Part shown: piece by piece, positions 24,947 through 37,529 of the stretch | Layout of the letters: each line of letters opens with the position of its first letter | How positions within the stretch are numbered: the first letter of the stretch is position 1 | Origin: Malacoraja senta | Taxonomy: Eukaryota | Assembly: GCA_038087875.1 (NCBI GenBank) | Contig: CM075988.1 | Span: forward strand, 22,694,001 to 22,758,000 | Length of the DNA: 64,000 bases | Direction: 5' to 3' | Translations under genes and position numbers: made by a program | The notes under the pieces: generated by a model | Seen by the model: the letters and a program-made list of their open reading frames with translations, nothing else | Database searches by the model: none | Told to the model about the DNA's origin: nothing

Positions 24947-26211
24947 TGTGCCTTACACAAGTGACCATTATTCAAGCCTGAGTGCAGGCTGTGTTGGCAG
25001 CCTGAAGGCATCGCAGCTCAGCCTGGTTGCCTTCACTAAATTGCATGTATGATTCTAATTGAGCTCACAAGATAAAGATCAGGAGTAGAACCGCTGACTC
25101 ATTTTCCCCTTCTTGTCCCAAGATTGTTGATGTATTTGTGGCATGCTACCATCATCCTGCCCAAGATCAGTTATCTCATCACAGTTATGCAGTAGAACCT
25201 GACAACTTCCTGTTCAGCTGCTGTGACAGAGTAACTTTGAAGTTTGTATTCGTGCTTTTTTTTTTGGAAGTTGAGGCACATTGTTATAATCTTTATTGTT
25301 TGAAAGTTATATCTGCCATCCCTAATAATAATGGCTAGTTATTAAAACTGATTGCTGCAAAATGAAATGGGATAACCATTCTTGGTTTCTATTGGATGAC
25401 TCGTATGTAAAGTGAAGCGGGGGAGTATATCAATGTTCACCTGAGCAAATCATGATTTTAAAATGTGCATATATCTCAGTACTGTTACATGGCCATTTCA
25501 AGTTAGATTTAATCAGTTCCAAAACATCAGTTGCGAATCTTTATGCATCTTGAATGAGACAGATTTATCATTATGAGAGATAATTACGGTAAAATTTTGT
25601 CCCAATTTAAAAACAAAATGCAGAGGATATGATTGCTGAAATTCAAATCGTGAGATAATACACTTTATTTTTACAGTGAATCTTGGCAAAAGTGTCACAT
25701 AAAATGCCAAGGAGAATAATTCACGGCTGGTTTAAATTTCTGACTTGAAGTCTCTAAATTTTATACATTTATCAAGACACCACCCTTAACCCTTTCCTTC
25801 AACTTTTTTTAAAAATTCCCCTTCTTTATTAATTGCACTCGCCTTTTCTGATGAGAATTCTGGTTTTAGTGAAATTTACAATATTTCCAAAATATCATAA
25901 CAGAGTATATGGGACATCACATTACTACCCCTGTTTGTTGAGGATGGCAACAAAAGTCCTTTATAGCACTGAACACATTTGTCTTCTGGTGAATTCAATA
26001 AAACTAACAGTAGATTTAGAGGAGAGAAGGATTAGATTAGTTTATATAAAAATGAATGTTCCCATGTTTTTATTGATGTAAGAAGTCAATTACTAGATTC
26101 ATACGATTTACATTATTTAATTGGTATGCCAAATCCTGTAATTGATTTATAAGAGTACATTTTAAAAACATTGGGGCAGATTTCTGCTGAAGCATAGCAT
26201 CTAAAGACTTC

Positions 26212-26300
26212 TCAGGTCTTGACCCGAAACGTCACCCATTCCTTCTCCAGAGATGCTGCCTGTCTTGCTGTGTTCCTCCAGTTTTTTGTGTCTATCTTCT
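26212..26300 (+). mobile_element. Penelope-like terminal fragment
   Basis: GGTCTTGACCCGAAACGTCACCCATTCC...AGATGCTGCC...GTGTCTATC. Confidence 0.7.
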
Positions 26301-26494
26301 ATCATTAGTTAGATTTGTCTCTGCACCTTTTGGAAGCTCAGACATTTGGACTTGGAATTCAGCATCAAATTGAGTATGTGGCTATAGTACAAATATAACA
26401 CATTATTCAGCTTATTATCAGTGTTTGAGGCAGTTGCTGTGCTTTCTCTGGATAGTTAATTGAAACGTGTTACAATTTGGATAGCAATCATTGT

Positions 26495-27135
26495 ATTTGG
26501 AACAGTACAGCAGAGGAACAGACCATTCAGCCCACAACATGCTGAACATGATGTTAATTGAAACTGATCCCTTTTGCTTGTACATGATCCATCTTCCATG
26601 TTTCAGGCACCTGCCACTGTTTCTGTGCAACAACGACTTGCCCCGCACATCTTCTTTACAATTTTACCCTCTCACTTTCAAGCTATGCCATCTGGTATAG
26701 ATGATTTCCATCTTGGGGGAAAAAAGATTGACTCTACCTGATCTATGCTTGCCTTTTTTTTTAACCTTCTATCTGGTCTCCTGCCAGTTTCCGCTCTGGA
26801 GAAACAATCCAAGTTTGTCCAGCCGCTCCTTACAGCTAATACCTTTTAATCCAGGCAGCATCCTGGTAAACCTCTACAGCACCCTCTCCTAAGCCTCTAC
26901 AATCTTCCTACAATGGGGCGACCAGAACTGCACACAACACTCCAATGAAACCTTGCTGATAAAGTTCCAATGTGACTTCCTGACTTATACTGAATGCCCT
27001 GACTGTTGAAGGCAAGCATACCATATGTCTGCTTTACCATTCAACCTACTTGTGCTGAGACTTTCAGGGAGCTATGGACTAGGATTCCAAGGTCCTTTTG
27101 TACATCAGTGCTGTTAAGTGTTCTGCCTTTAACTG
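26495..27135 (-). mobile_element. Old CR1-type LINE fragment
   Basis: Degraded TAATCCAGGCAGCATCCTGGTAAACCTC and GACCAGAACTGCACACAA motifs, typical of reverse-strand CR1 ORF2. Confidence 0.65.
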
Positions 27136-27272
27136 TACAGTGGCTTGCAAAAGTATTTATACCCCTTGAACCTTTCCACATTTTGTCACGTTACAACCAC
27201 AAACGTAAATGTATTTTATTGGGATTTTATGTGATAAACCAACACAAAGTGGCGCATAATTGTGAGGTGGAA

Positions 27273-28150
27273 TTGTGAGGTTCCATCGGGGGCGCCGTTG
27301 AGTATGGCTGCCCTGCCAGCAGCTGTTAGTCTTTTCAACCTTTAAAAAAAAAATTTAGTTAGTTAAAAGTGTTTTGTTTGGAGGTCTTTTAGTCTTTTTA
27401 TGTGGGGGGGGGAAGGGGGAACTATTTTTCTCAGTCCCTACCTGGTCGGAGATGCGGTTTTTCTCCGAGCCGTATCTTCGCCCCTTCCTCACGGCCTACG
27501 GGCAGACTGGAGCGGCGTTTTCCTGCCGGGACCGGCCAGGACTTCAGCTTCGGCAGCGGCACAGCGCTGAAGCACCATCGCGGAGCGGGCGATGCCTTAC
27601 CCGGGTCGCCGTGCAGCAAGCTCCGGAGTGCTGTGACCGCCGGCACCAACATCGCGGAGCTGCGGTCTGCGGTCTGCGGTCTGCGGAGCTTCCAGCCGCG
27701 GGCGGCGCTGAACCTTAAACACCGCGGAGCCTGGGATCTCACGACGAGGTCGCCAGAGTCGGAGCATCGACCAGCGCGGCTCGCGGACTTCGGTAGCCGC
27801 GGTCTCCTGGGAGGAAGTGGCCGCTCCAGACACTCCGGGCCGCTGAGAGTGTTCACCCGACGCCAGAGCTCCATCATCCGGCGAGAGGGCCTGAAGCATC
27901 GGGCTGCCGTAGCGGCGACTGCAGAGGCCTCAATAGGCCCCGACTATGGGTGAACTGGGGATGGGACTGGACTTTGCTGCCTTCCCCCACAGTGGGAACC
28001 ATTGTGGGGGGATGTTTTTATGTTTATTGTTAAATTCTGCTAAATTCTTTAATGTTGTGTATTATCTTTATTCATGTGCTGCATTGGCAAGTCGAATTTC
28101 ACTACACCAATTGGTGTATGTGACAATAAATGTCTCTAATCTAAAAAAAA
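27273..28150 (+). mobile_element. CpG-rich non-autonomous retroposon with a Rex/Babar-like tail (copy A)
   Basis: Splits the Tc1 IR with a TGGAA duplication. Head GGGGGCGCC..GGCTGCCCTGCCAGCAGC; tail GGCAAGT..TTTCACT..GTGACAATAAA plus an A-run. Colinear with 30516-31526. Confidence 0.8.
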
Positions 28151-28400
28151 TGGAAGGAAAATGATACATGGTTTTCAAATTTTTTTTACAAATAAAAAAC
28201 TGAAAAGTGTCGAGTGCAAAAGTATTCAGCCCCCTTTACTCTGATACCCCTAAATAAAATCCAGTGCAACCAATTGCCTTCAGAAGTCACCTAATTAGTA
28301 AATAGAGTCCACTTGTGTATAATCTAATCTCAGTATAAATACAGCTGTTCTGTGAAGGCCTCAGAGGTTTGTTAGAGAACATTAGTGAACAAACAGCATC

Positions 28401-29408
28401 ATGAAGCCCAAGGAACACACCAAACAGGTCAGGGATAAAGTTGTGGAGAAGTTTAAAGCAGGGTTAGGTTATAAAAAAATATCCCAAGCTTTGAACATCT
28501 CACGGAGCACTGTTCAATCCATCATCCGAAAATGGAAAGAGTATGGCACAACTGCAAACCTACCAAGACATGGCCGTCCACCTAAACTGACAGGCCGGGC
28601 AAGGAGAGCATTGATCAGAGAAGCAGCCAAGAGGCCCATGGTAACTCTGGAGGAGCTGCAGAGATCCACAGCTCAGGTGGGAGAATCTGGACAACTATTA
28701 GTCGTGCACTCCACAAATCGGGCCTTTATGGAAGAGTGGCAAGAAGAAAGCCATTGTTGAAAAAAAGCCATAAGAAGTCCCGTTTGCAGTTTGCCACAAG
28801 CCATGTGGGGGACACAGCAAACATGTGGAGGAAGGTGCTCTGGTCAGATGAGACCAAAATTGAAGTTTTTGGCCTAAATGCAAAACACTATGTGTGGCGG
28901 AAACCTAACACTGCACATCACCCTGAACACACCATCCCCACTGTGAAACATGGTGGTGGCAGCATCATGCTGTGGGGATACTTTTCTCCAGCAGGGACAG
29001 GGAAGCTGGTCAGAGTTGAAGGGAAGATGGATGCAGCCAAATACAGGGCAATCTTGGAAGAAAACCTGTTAGAGTTTGCAAAAGACTTGAGACTGGGGTG
29101 GAGGTTCACCTTCCAGCAGGACAACAACCCTAAACATACAGCCAGAGCTACAATGGAATGGTTTAGATCAAAGCATATTCATGTGTTAGAATGGCCAAAG
29201 TCCAGACGTAAATCCAATTGAGAATCTCTGCCAAGACTTGAAAATTGCTGTTCACAGACGCTCTCCATCCAATCTGACTGAGCTTGAGCTATTTTGCAAA
29301 GAAGAATGGGCAAAAATTTCAGTCTCTAGATGTGCAAAGCTGCTGGAGACATACCCCAAAAGACTTGCAGCTGTAATTGCAGCGAAAGGTGGTTCTACAA
29401 AGTATTGA
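28401..29408 (+). pseudogene. Tc1 transposase, frameshifted
   Basis: [32 protein letters not shown] and NPIE motifs across three frames. Confidence 0.93.
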
Positions 29409-30515
29409 CTCGGGGGCTGAATACTTTTGCACGCGACACTTTTCAGTTTTTTATTTGTAAAAAAATTTGAAAACCATGTATCCTTCCACTTCACAATTAT
29501 GCACCACTTTGTGTTGGTCTATCACATAAAATCCCAATAAAATACATTTACGTTTGTGGTTGTAACGTGACAAAATGTGGAAAAGTTCAAGGGGTATGAA
29601 AACTTTTGCAAGCCACTGTATAATCAGACATCTGCCATCCATCCGAAGTAGTTGCACTGTTTGCTGTTTTATTTCACAGGTGGAGGAGTTAAAAATCAAA
29701 ATGCATGTTTCAGACCCCCATGATAGCTAGGCATATGGAACAGAGCTGCAGTGGATGTGAAGTGTAGTATTTGAACATGCATAGTTAGCTTCATTTAAAA
29801 GGAGCTGACATCCTAACCTAGTTTTTTTTTCAAGACTGAAGTAACATTTTTTGGGAATGTTGGAATGACTTCTGAATCTGAATGCAGATTGGTTCTTTTG
29901 GGAGTAATATTTAGAAAAAGGCCGGGATTTTATGATGTGTGAACCTTTACACAATGCAAGAGTAATTCTTCAACTGACATGATGAATGATAGAAAGTAAC
30001 CTTGAATTTTTCATTTTTTGCTGAATTTAAGAAAATCCTTTGTGCTATATTTTAGGGCTCACCCTCGAAGATTGGAGATTTGTAGAATCAACTTATATAA
30101 TAATTAATCAGTTCTCTGTAGTACAAGCCTAATACTGAATTGTTTCTTTAGTTTCTCCCCTGATAAACTCCCTGATCTAATTTTGTTTGTAGAATTCACC
30201 TCTTGTTGCCTTGACCGATAAAGATCTGAAAAATCCTTACTGCACATGGTCACAATTGAACAGATGAGAGTGAGGATAGTTGAACTGACCTAGAAAATGG
30301 AAGAGTGACATTAGAGAAAGATGGGGTAGTCAGGCTTTAAAAATAAATATTGCACTGGAAACCAGCATCTGTTCTGTGGTGCATCTTGTGTGGTTTAACC
30401 ACAAAGGTGTAAAGTAGCATTTTAATACCTTTTTAAATAATTATTTAAATCAGGTAATGCTGTTTAGTGTCCATTTGCATATGGGGATTGCACATGGGAA
30501 TTTCTGGAATTTACT

Positions 30516-31526
30516 GATGGGGGGCGCTGCGAGACGGCTGCCCTGCCAGCAGCGTGTTAGTCATTTTCTACTTTTTATGTTTTTATAGTATGTCCAAATG
30601 TGTGTGTTTTTAAAAAAATGTTTCTCGGTGTGTCTTATGTGGGGGGGGGGGGGGGGTGGTGGTGGGGGGGGGGGGGGGGGGTGGTGGGGGGGGGGGGGGG
30701 GTGGTGGTCGGGGGGGGGGGTAAGGGGGAAACCGTTTTCGGTCGCCTCCTCCACAGAGAGGCGACTTTTTCCATGTCGCCTCCGTCGCGGCCTAACACGA
30801 GGATCGGTGTGGCCTTTCCCAGAGTTGGGCCTGGAGCTTCAGCAGCGGGCGCAGCGTGGACTTTTTTTTATAGCGGAGCGGGTGAGCCCTTGCTGGGGGT
30901 CACCAGAAGGGAATGCTCCGATTGCTGGCCCGCGGAAGCCTGAAGGTCTGCGGAGCTTCCAGCTGGCGCGGGCGTCCGGAGCCTGGGATCCCTCGTTGGG
31001 GATCCCCGGAGAAGAGCTCCGACCGCCGGCCCGCGGCCTACATCAGCTTGAAGCCGCGGTCTGCGGTGCTTCTAACCGCGGGCGTGGTTGGGACTTACCA
31101 TCCGTAGCGGGATCCCTCGCCGGGGATCTCTGGAGAAGAGCTCCGACCGCCGGCCCGCGGCCTACAACATCTTTTGAAGCCGCGTTCTGCGGTGCTTCTA
31201 ACCGCGGCGGGGACTTAGATCTGCGGCCTACACCATCATGAAACCGCGGTCTCCCGTAGGGAAGCACCGATTCGGGACTTACCTTGCCTGCACATCTGGC
31301 CGCCCGCAGCGGCGACTGCGGAGGTTTGTGGTCCCGAACACGGGGAAAAATGGAGGAGGACTGACTAAACTTTGTGCCTTCCACTACAATGAAGAATGCT
31401 GTGGTGGATCTTTGTGTTATTTTTTTATTGTGTATTGTGTGTTCTTTTTTATTGTACCGCTGCTGGCAAGTTTATTTCACTGCACTTTATTGTATATGTG
31501 ACGAATAAATCTGACTATTGACTATA
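30516..31526 (+). mobile_element. CpG-rich non-autonomous retroposon (copy B)
   Basis: Same head and tail as copy A, with a (GACTATT) tail repeat and a possible TTACT TSD. Internal duplication of about 124 bp (30985-31096 / 31109-31217) and a G-run array at 30639-30728. Confidence 0.8.
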
Positions 31527-31859
31527 TTACTTTCCAATTCGGAACATTAAAGCTTGGAATGAAGAGAGAATTTTGAAAATTGTATTAGAATTGATTATTA
31601 CAAATATCAGTTTAAGAATAATCTGAGCTTGCAGTGTTTAAATGTGACTGTTGAACTGCATCATACTCCAGTTGCAAAAATAAATGTTAAACTTTACAAC
31701 TTTGTTGTAAAATAAAGTTAAACTTTATAAAGCAATGTCAATGTTGAAACTATTGATCATTGAATGATACTAATTTTCAAGAAAAGCTTTGACTTTTACA
31801 CCGTAGCCAAATGCAGTTTTTTGTCCTGAAGAAAGGTTTAAGATGTACTCTTATAACCA

Positions 31860-32203
31860 TAGAGACATTGAGACAAAGATATGTAAAGCACTGAAACAGG
31901 CCGTTCGGCCCACCAAATCTGCACCAACCATCAACCACCTATTTGCAATAAACTAATGTCAGTTCCATTTTATTCTCTCCACATTCTCATCAGATTCTAA
32001 CATACACTTGCACATTAAGGGAAATTAAAGTGGGCAATTCGTGGCATTGGTTTATTATTAACCTACCAGTGTAAAAAAAAAATCAAAACCCCAGAGGTCA
32101 CAGGTAGTATGTGCAAATTTATTAGAATCTGCACTGCAGGTCAGGATTGAACCTGGTCGCTAGTGTTGTGAGGTAGCAGCTCTATTAGCTGTGCCACTGT
32201 CGC
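31860..32203 (-). mobile_element. Degraded tRNA-SINE
   Basis: AACAGGCCGTTCGGCCCAC tail and GTCAGGATTGAACC (reverse B-box). Confidence 0.7.
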
Positions 32204-32277
32204 TTTCTGGAGATTCTCGAGAAAATGGCTTGGACTGGTTCCTGTCAGTTTTTAAAAAGTTATATGGTGACAACTTT

Positions 32278-32580
32278 GTGTGGCACAATGGTGCAGCTAG
32301 TAGAGGTGTGGCCTTGGTTTGATCCTGACCTCTGGAGCTGTTTGCACGGTCATCCAGTGAACTGAGTGGATTCTTCTGTCTGTTCCAGTTTCCTCCCTTG
32401 TCCTAAAGATGTGTGGTTTGGTAGGTTAATTGGCCACTTTAAATTATCTCCCTAATGAGGATGTGGTAAAATCTGATGGTAGTGTTGGGATGAATAAAAT
32501 TGGATTTGTGTAGGAACCGTGTAAATGGATGCTTGATGGTCAGTATGGACTCCAGCTGATCGACCTATTTCCATGCTCTA
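32278..32580 (+). mobile_element. Degraded tRNA-SINE
   Basis: GGCACAATGGTGCAGCTAGTAGAG head, GGTTTGATCCTGACC and GGTAGGTTAATTGG. Confidence 0.7.
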
Positions 32581-32684
32581 TAAATTGTTTAGCTCTTTAT
32601 GGGTGAAATAGGAAGCCCACTTATTACAAAACTTCTTCTAAACACATGAATGAAATGTAATTGAAATTAGTCTACAATAAAAAA

Positions 32685-33260
32685 AGAACCACAGATGCTG
32701 ATTTATAGCAAAGATTGGAAAAAAACTCAGCAGGTCAGGCACCATCTCAGGAGAAAATTGATCGGTGACATTTCATTTCGGCTTGGGATCCTTCCTCAGA
32801 CTGATTGTAGTAGGGAGAGTGGGGGGAAATCTGGAAGCCAAGCAAAACAGGATAAAAACAGGTGATGGGCAAGGAGGTTGGCTAGGCACAGCGGGGAGAG
32901 GGGGGGGGGGAGGGGAGGTGCTTAGGTGACTTCTACAAACACCCTCCCCGCCCCCCTTTCTCCCCTTCCTCCGCTAAAAGTCAGTTAACTAGTTCCATAA
33001 TTCACAGCTGTGTAACTCTCTTGGGCTCATACCTGTCTTCAGCCTCCTCGCCTGAATTCATTTACTGCTGGCCCTGATTTGTCTTTTTTTTAAAACTCGC
33101 CTTCCAGCTTTTTTCCTGGGTCCCCCCCCCCCCCACTCCCTACTATAATCTGTCTGAAGAAAGGTCCCTTTATTATTACCTGGGACATCGCTCAACCATT
33201 TTGCTCCAGAGATGCTGTCTGACCCGCTGAGTTACTCCAGCTGTTTGTGTGTATCTTTAA
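32685..33260. mobile_element. Penelope-derived fold-back (two terminal repeats in inverted orientation)
   Basis: Left arm ...TCAGACTGATTGTAGTAGGGAGAGTGGGG mirrors right arm CCCCACTCCCTACTATAATCTGTCTGAAG... Confidence 0.7.
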
Positions 33261-33643
33261 AATTAGTCTGGTAGTTTTAAAGTAATAGCATCAATGGAAA
33301 GGGATGTTCGCACCGACATTTCAATGGTACTGCAAGCTTTATGTTATCAAAAGCTTTATAGCCTTCTGTGCTTTATGTTTCTATCAGCCTACATATTTCA
33401 TTACAATTATAGTGTTGACAAAAGCAGCTCTCCCTCAGAATGTTTTGTGAAGGAAATAAAATCTTGGTACTGTATCATATGATATGTTTTGCAGGGAATA
33501 GCTACAAATATTTGGGAATTGGTGGAATGGAAATTACTGTTGATTGATTGGTATAAATTGGTGGCAGTTTCAGTACCCCAGCAACACATTAATTTTAGAT
33601 TTAGGAACCATGTGGTGTAAAACCAGATATGCATGTGATTAAG

Positions 33644-33775
33644 TGTGTAGGAAGGAACTGCAGATGTTAGTTTAAACCGAAGATAGACACAAAATGCTGG
33701 AGTAACTCAGCAGGACAGGCAGCATCTCTGGAGCGAAGGAATGTGTGACGTTTCGGGTCGAGACCCTTCTTCAGA
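33644..33775 (-). mobile_element. Penelope-like terminal fragment with an intact hammerhead core
   Basis: Minus strand CTGAAGAAGGGTCTCGACCCGAAACGTC (33747-33774). Confidence 0.8.
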
Positions 33776-35447
33776 GTGTCTGATTTGTTTTATAGTACTC
33801 CTGTAAAGCACCTTGAAATGTTTTGTTGCATTAGCGTTGCAACTTAAATATGTTTTCTACTTTAGAACAAAGAAAAATGACAGTTGATCTTTTGTGTAGG
33901 TGCTGGTTTGGTTAGGATAGTTTTATATTAATCCTACTGCCTTTTTCTCCTACAGTCATGTAGCTTTTTTTCCCTCGGAAATGTATCTGGCTTTCTTTTA
34001 AAAGATTCATTTCCATGTATTGCTTTTAATTGCAGTATAAGTCTTAATGAAATTAAATCTTTAACCTCTTATACTTTCAATGTGACAAATTTGAATCGAT
34101 GACCTTGTGTCACTAATTCCAAAAATAAGGCAATAAACCTTATTTTCATCATTGCAAAACTTTTTAGAATTTTTGTTGTTGAATTCTTTCCTTTAATGTC
34201 CAGAGATTTGAGGACAAAATCAAGATAGACCATTGAAGTACTGACATTACTGTACTTGACATGAGAGATTAGTGGACTGGTTGAACAAAAGCAAATCTTT
34301 CGCAAGCAGTGACATTTGTCACTATATTGAATACTAAAATTCCTCAGCGTCTGAACCAAATTAAATGCTACATCTTTTAAAAAACATAAACATGTTCTCT
34401 AATCTCTACATATAACTGCTCCTTCTCTTGTCTTTCTTTACAAATAACCAGATCTTTCTGGAAAAACCCAAGCTTTGGTTATGAAGAATATGTGTTGGTA
34501 AATGCTAATTGCTTTGGTAATAAAGATATGTTTTCATTCAGTCCATGTAATCCCGCTGTTGCAAATACTTCCATGATATATTTTTGAAATCTTGCAGTTG
34601 TTTCCAACAGACAGATTTCCTTCCCCAAGGTTGCAGGCAAGCATTTCCCTCAATTGATATAATGCTTCATAGTAGATCTTTGTTTTAAGAATGCATCTGT
34701 ATATTGTGTCCATTAGTTTGAATAATTTTCACAACCCAGTCAAAATAGATTTCACTGATGATTTGTGAACTGAAGTTATTTTACATTTTTTAGCTAGTCA
34801 TTGGGTTTTCTTAATGGCTCTGGAAAACTCCAAAATTATCAATAAAGTTACAAAGATTTAAACATTAAATACGAGTCAGAAGATTTTCATTGTGCATTTA
34901 AACCATAGAAAGGGAACTACTTCCATAGTTACTTTTGGGTAATTGACTTGTAGTAAATACGTAAAACCCAATCTTATATTTTGCAGGTTTAATTAACCAG
35001 TACGGTGTTGTAAAATGTTGTTTCGTGATGATTGAAGGATAATATTAGGATACAAAATGTACACAATTCTTAGTTACATTTATCTTTAATCGAAAACATT
35101 TCTTGCATTATCCACAGAGATTTTTAAAGACTTTTTTACTTATATCTTGCTTTCTGGGAGCTTTCACTTGTGTCCTTGCTTTATTTTGAAATTGAACAGC
35201 AAAATGCTTTTCATGCTGCAGTTTTTGGTTTGAACTTTGGGTGAGGTAGTTCCAGTATGACCTCTGAGAACGTAGTTTTTAGTGTACACATTAACCAGGT
35301 CTGCAGTTAAAAGAGGCTTTGATGTAGGGTTGAAGCTGGTATGCGAATTAACCCTCATTATTTTATATTTGCAGTCTCATGTATTTATTCCTTGCTGGAA
35401 TGTCAAGGTCATGGTTATTAATCTAGGATACTCAGTGACATTATTTT

Positions 35448-35544
35448 AAGGTACACAAAAATGCTGGAGAAACTCAGCGGGTGCAGCAGCATCTATGGAG
35501 CGAAGGAAATAGGCAACGTTTCGGGCCGAAACCCTTCTTCAGAC
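35448..35544 (-). mobile_element. Penelope-like terminal fragment
   Basis: Minus strand CTGAAGAAGGGTTTCGGCCCGAAACGTT...GATGCTGCTGCACCCGCTGAG. Confidence 0.8.
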
Positions 35545-35596
35545 ATTATTTTAATGTATTTCAATACAGCTTTTTCAGTGCACCTTTATAAGCTAA

Positions 35597-36287
35597 CTAG
35601 ACCAAGTGCAGACCCGTTGGGTCTGCTCCCCCAACGGTGTGCTGATGAAGCTGTTTTTGAGATGGGGCCCTCTCGCTGACGTCACATCACTGGAGGGTGG
35701 TGGAATATTCTATTTCACTGTACCATTGGGGGGGTGGGGGCATTGTGATGTCATTGGAAGCTGGTGTTTTAAAAGGTGGTTTTGTTTTAAAAAAAAACCT
35801 TTAATCATGAATAACCCGGGGGGAGGGGAGGGGAGGGGGCGGGCGGTGTGATTAACCGGGGGGAGGGGGGTGTGTGTGTAAAACCTGGGGGGGAGGGGGT
35901 GGGGGGCGTGGCACTCGGCAGTTTGAGAGGCCATTGTGATTATCATCACTGGAAGTTCCTGGAAAAAAGGCTGTCTGTGAGAAGCTGCTTGAGAGCCCAT
36001 TGTGATTGGTGCACTGTGAGTGGCATTGTGACATCATCAGTGGAAAATCTGGGAAAAAGGCTGTGTGAGAACCATTTTTTGCCTTTTAAAAAAATTGAAT
36101 CGTCAATAACTTGTGAAATATAGGAGGAAATCTTAAGTGAACCTGATTACTGCGTGGAGGGGATAATGTGAGTCAGAATATGTAAAAAGTTAAGCGCTAC
36201 CGCGTAGCGTTTTGACAAAGGTAGAAAAACACATGCACTCACGTATACATACATAAATACAAGATGAGACTTTTAATAGTATATAGA
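35597..36287 (-). mobile_element. Non-autonomous Helitron (complete)
   Basis: 5' TCTATATACTATTAAAAGTCTCATC; perfect hairpin GCAGACCC-GTT-GGGTCTGC (35608-35626) next to the 3' CTAG; A|T site with no TSD. Confidence 0.85.
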
Positions 36288-37529
36288 TGTTGTCTAGCAA
36301 ATCCTTTGATTAAAATTATCCTTATGTCTGCTCATCAGAAATATAGGACAAATAATTGTTTTAAAGAGGGAGACTTTCTCAAGTATGCTTTGTTCTTTAT
36401 TTCCACATTATTCTTAAATACTAACTTTTTGTTGTTTTTAGTTTTAAGGATTTTCCTCTTGATAAATATGGCTGCATTGGTTAAGTACTGTTTAAATTGA
36501 GCTTTTAATAGAAAAGTATGTGGCGCAGATTTTAATTCATAGATCTTTGGATAAATGTATCCACTCTCTGATTTGTCCCTGAATACCAACCAGTGTAGTG
36601 TGATTAAAGTTACTTTATGGTAAAATGTCATCGAATTTCAATGACAAATGCATTTTTTTGTTGTTGAAGTCACTGTCCTCTGTAGAGAGATTCTATAGTT
36701 CTTTTTACAGTGAGATGAATGAAAGACATTTCTTAACGTGACTAAACATACTTTCTTATAATTGAGGGCAACCCTACGTTTCTCAATAAGAATGGTAAAA
36801 CACTGTATTTAAAATCTCTCCAATATTCTGTGCTACTGCATTATTTCAGCATGCTATAAAGGTATAGCTTCCAGGAGTTGGTCATGTAAATGTATGTGCA
36901 AGATTTCAATTGCTTTTGCAGTTGTATGCAAAGGTAGTAATGCTAAATAGGAAGCCAAAGGTAGATAATTAGCATGCAGAAAATAACCTTGTCATTAAAA
37001 AAAAAATGTGCACCTTTCCGGTGGCTTTTTCAGAGTCAGTCTTTCAAGTTTCTCAACATGCCACTTTTCCCATGTGGATTGCCACATAGGTCACATACTA
37101 AAAATGTTAAATTTATTTTGTGGATAATGTATGTATTTCTAAATGATACACTGAAAATAACGGGATAATTTTGAGTTTTAACTGACTACAGTTGGTTGAG
37201 TGCGAAGGACTGTTGAGGCATATTACTCATATTTTTACATTACAATGGGATATTTCTGTTATTTTTGACCATTTGCAAACTCTGTCTTAAAAAATATTGC
37301 CATATTTTAGAAATTACCGTTTCTAAGATTTGCACTGCAACGCACATTTTTTTTTCTTTCAAATTAGTGGGCATCATTCTTGGAAAAATTGGAAAGTTTT
37401 CCTTTCTGGCAGTGTTTAAATTGACACTGACTCTAAACTGCAGGGATAATAAATCAAGCAGCAAATCATGTGTCATGTTGTTGAAGCTGGCTTTTTTGTT
37501 CATAAACCAAAAAAGTAATTTGGAAGTTG

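Larger units (their letters stand above)
27138..29618 (+). mobile_element. Full-length Tc1 transposon with long inverted repeats; left IR interrupted by a retroposon
   Basis: TA|CAGTGGCTTGCAAAAGT...ACTTTTGCAAGCCACTG|TA, IRs of about 200 bp, and an internal transposase. Confidence 0.95.

Noticed and set aside
27374..27953. Overlapping 100-183 aa ORFs (also 30600-31501)
   Set aside because: Expected in GC-rich DNA, and the frames are not conserved between the two retroposon copies.
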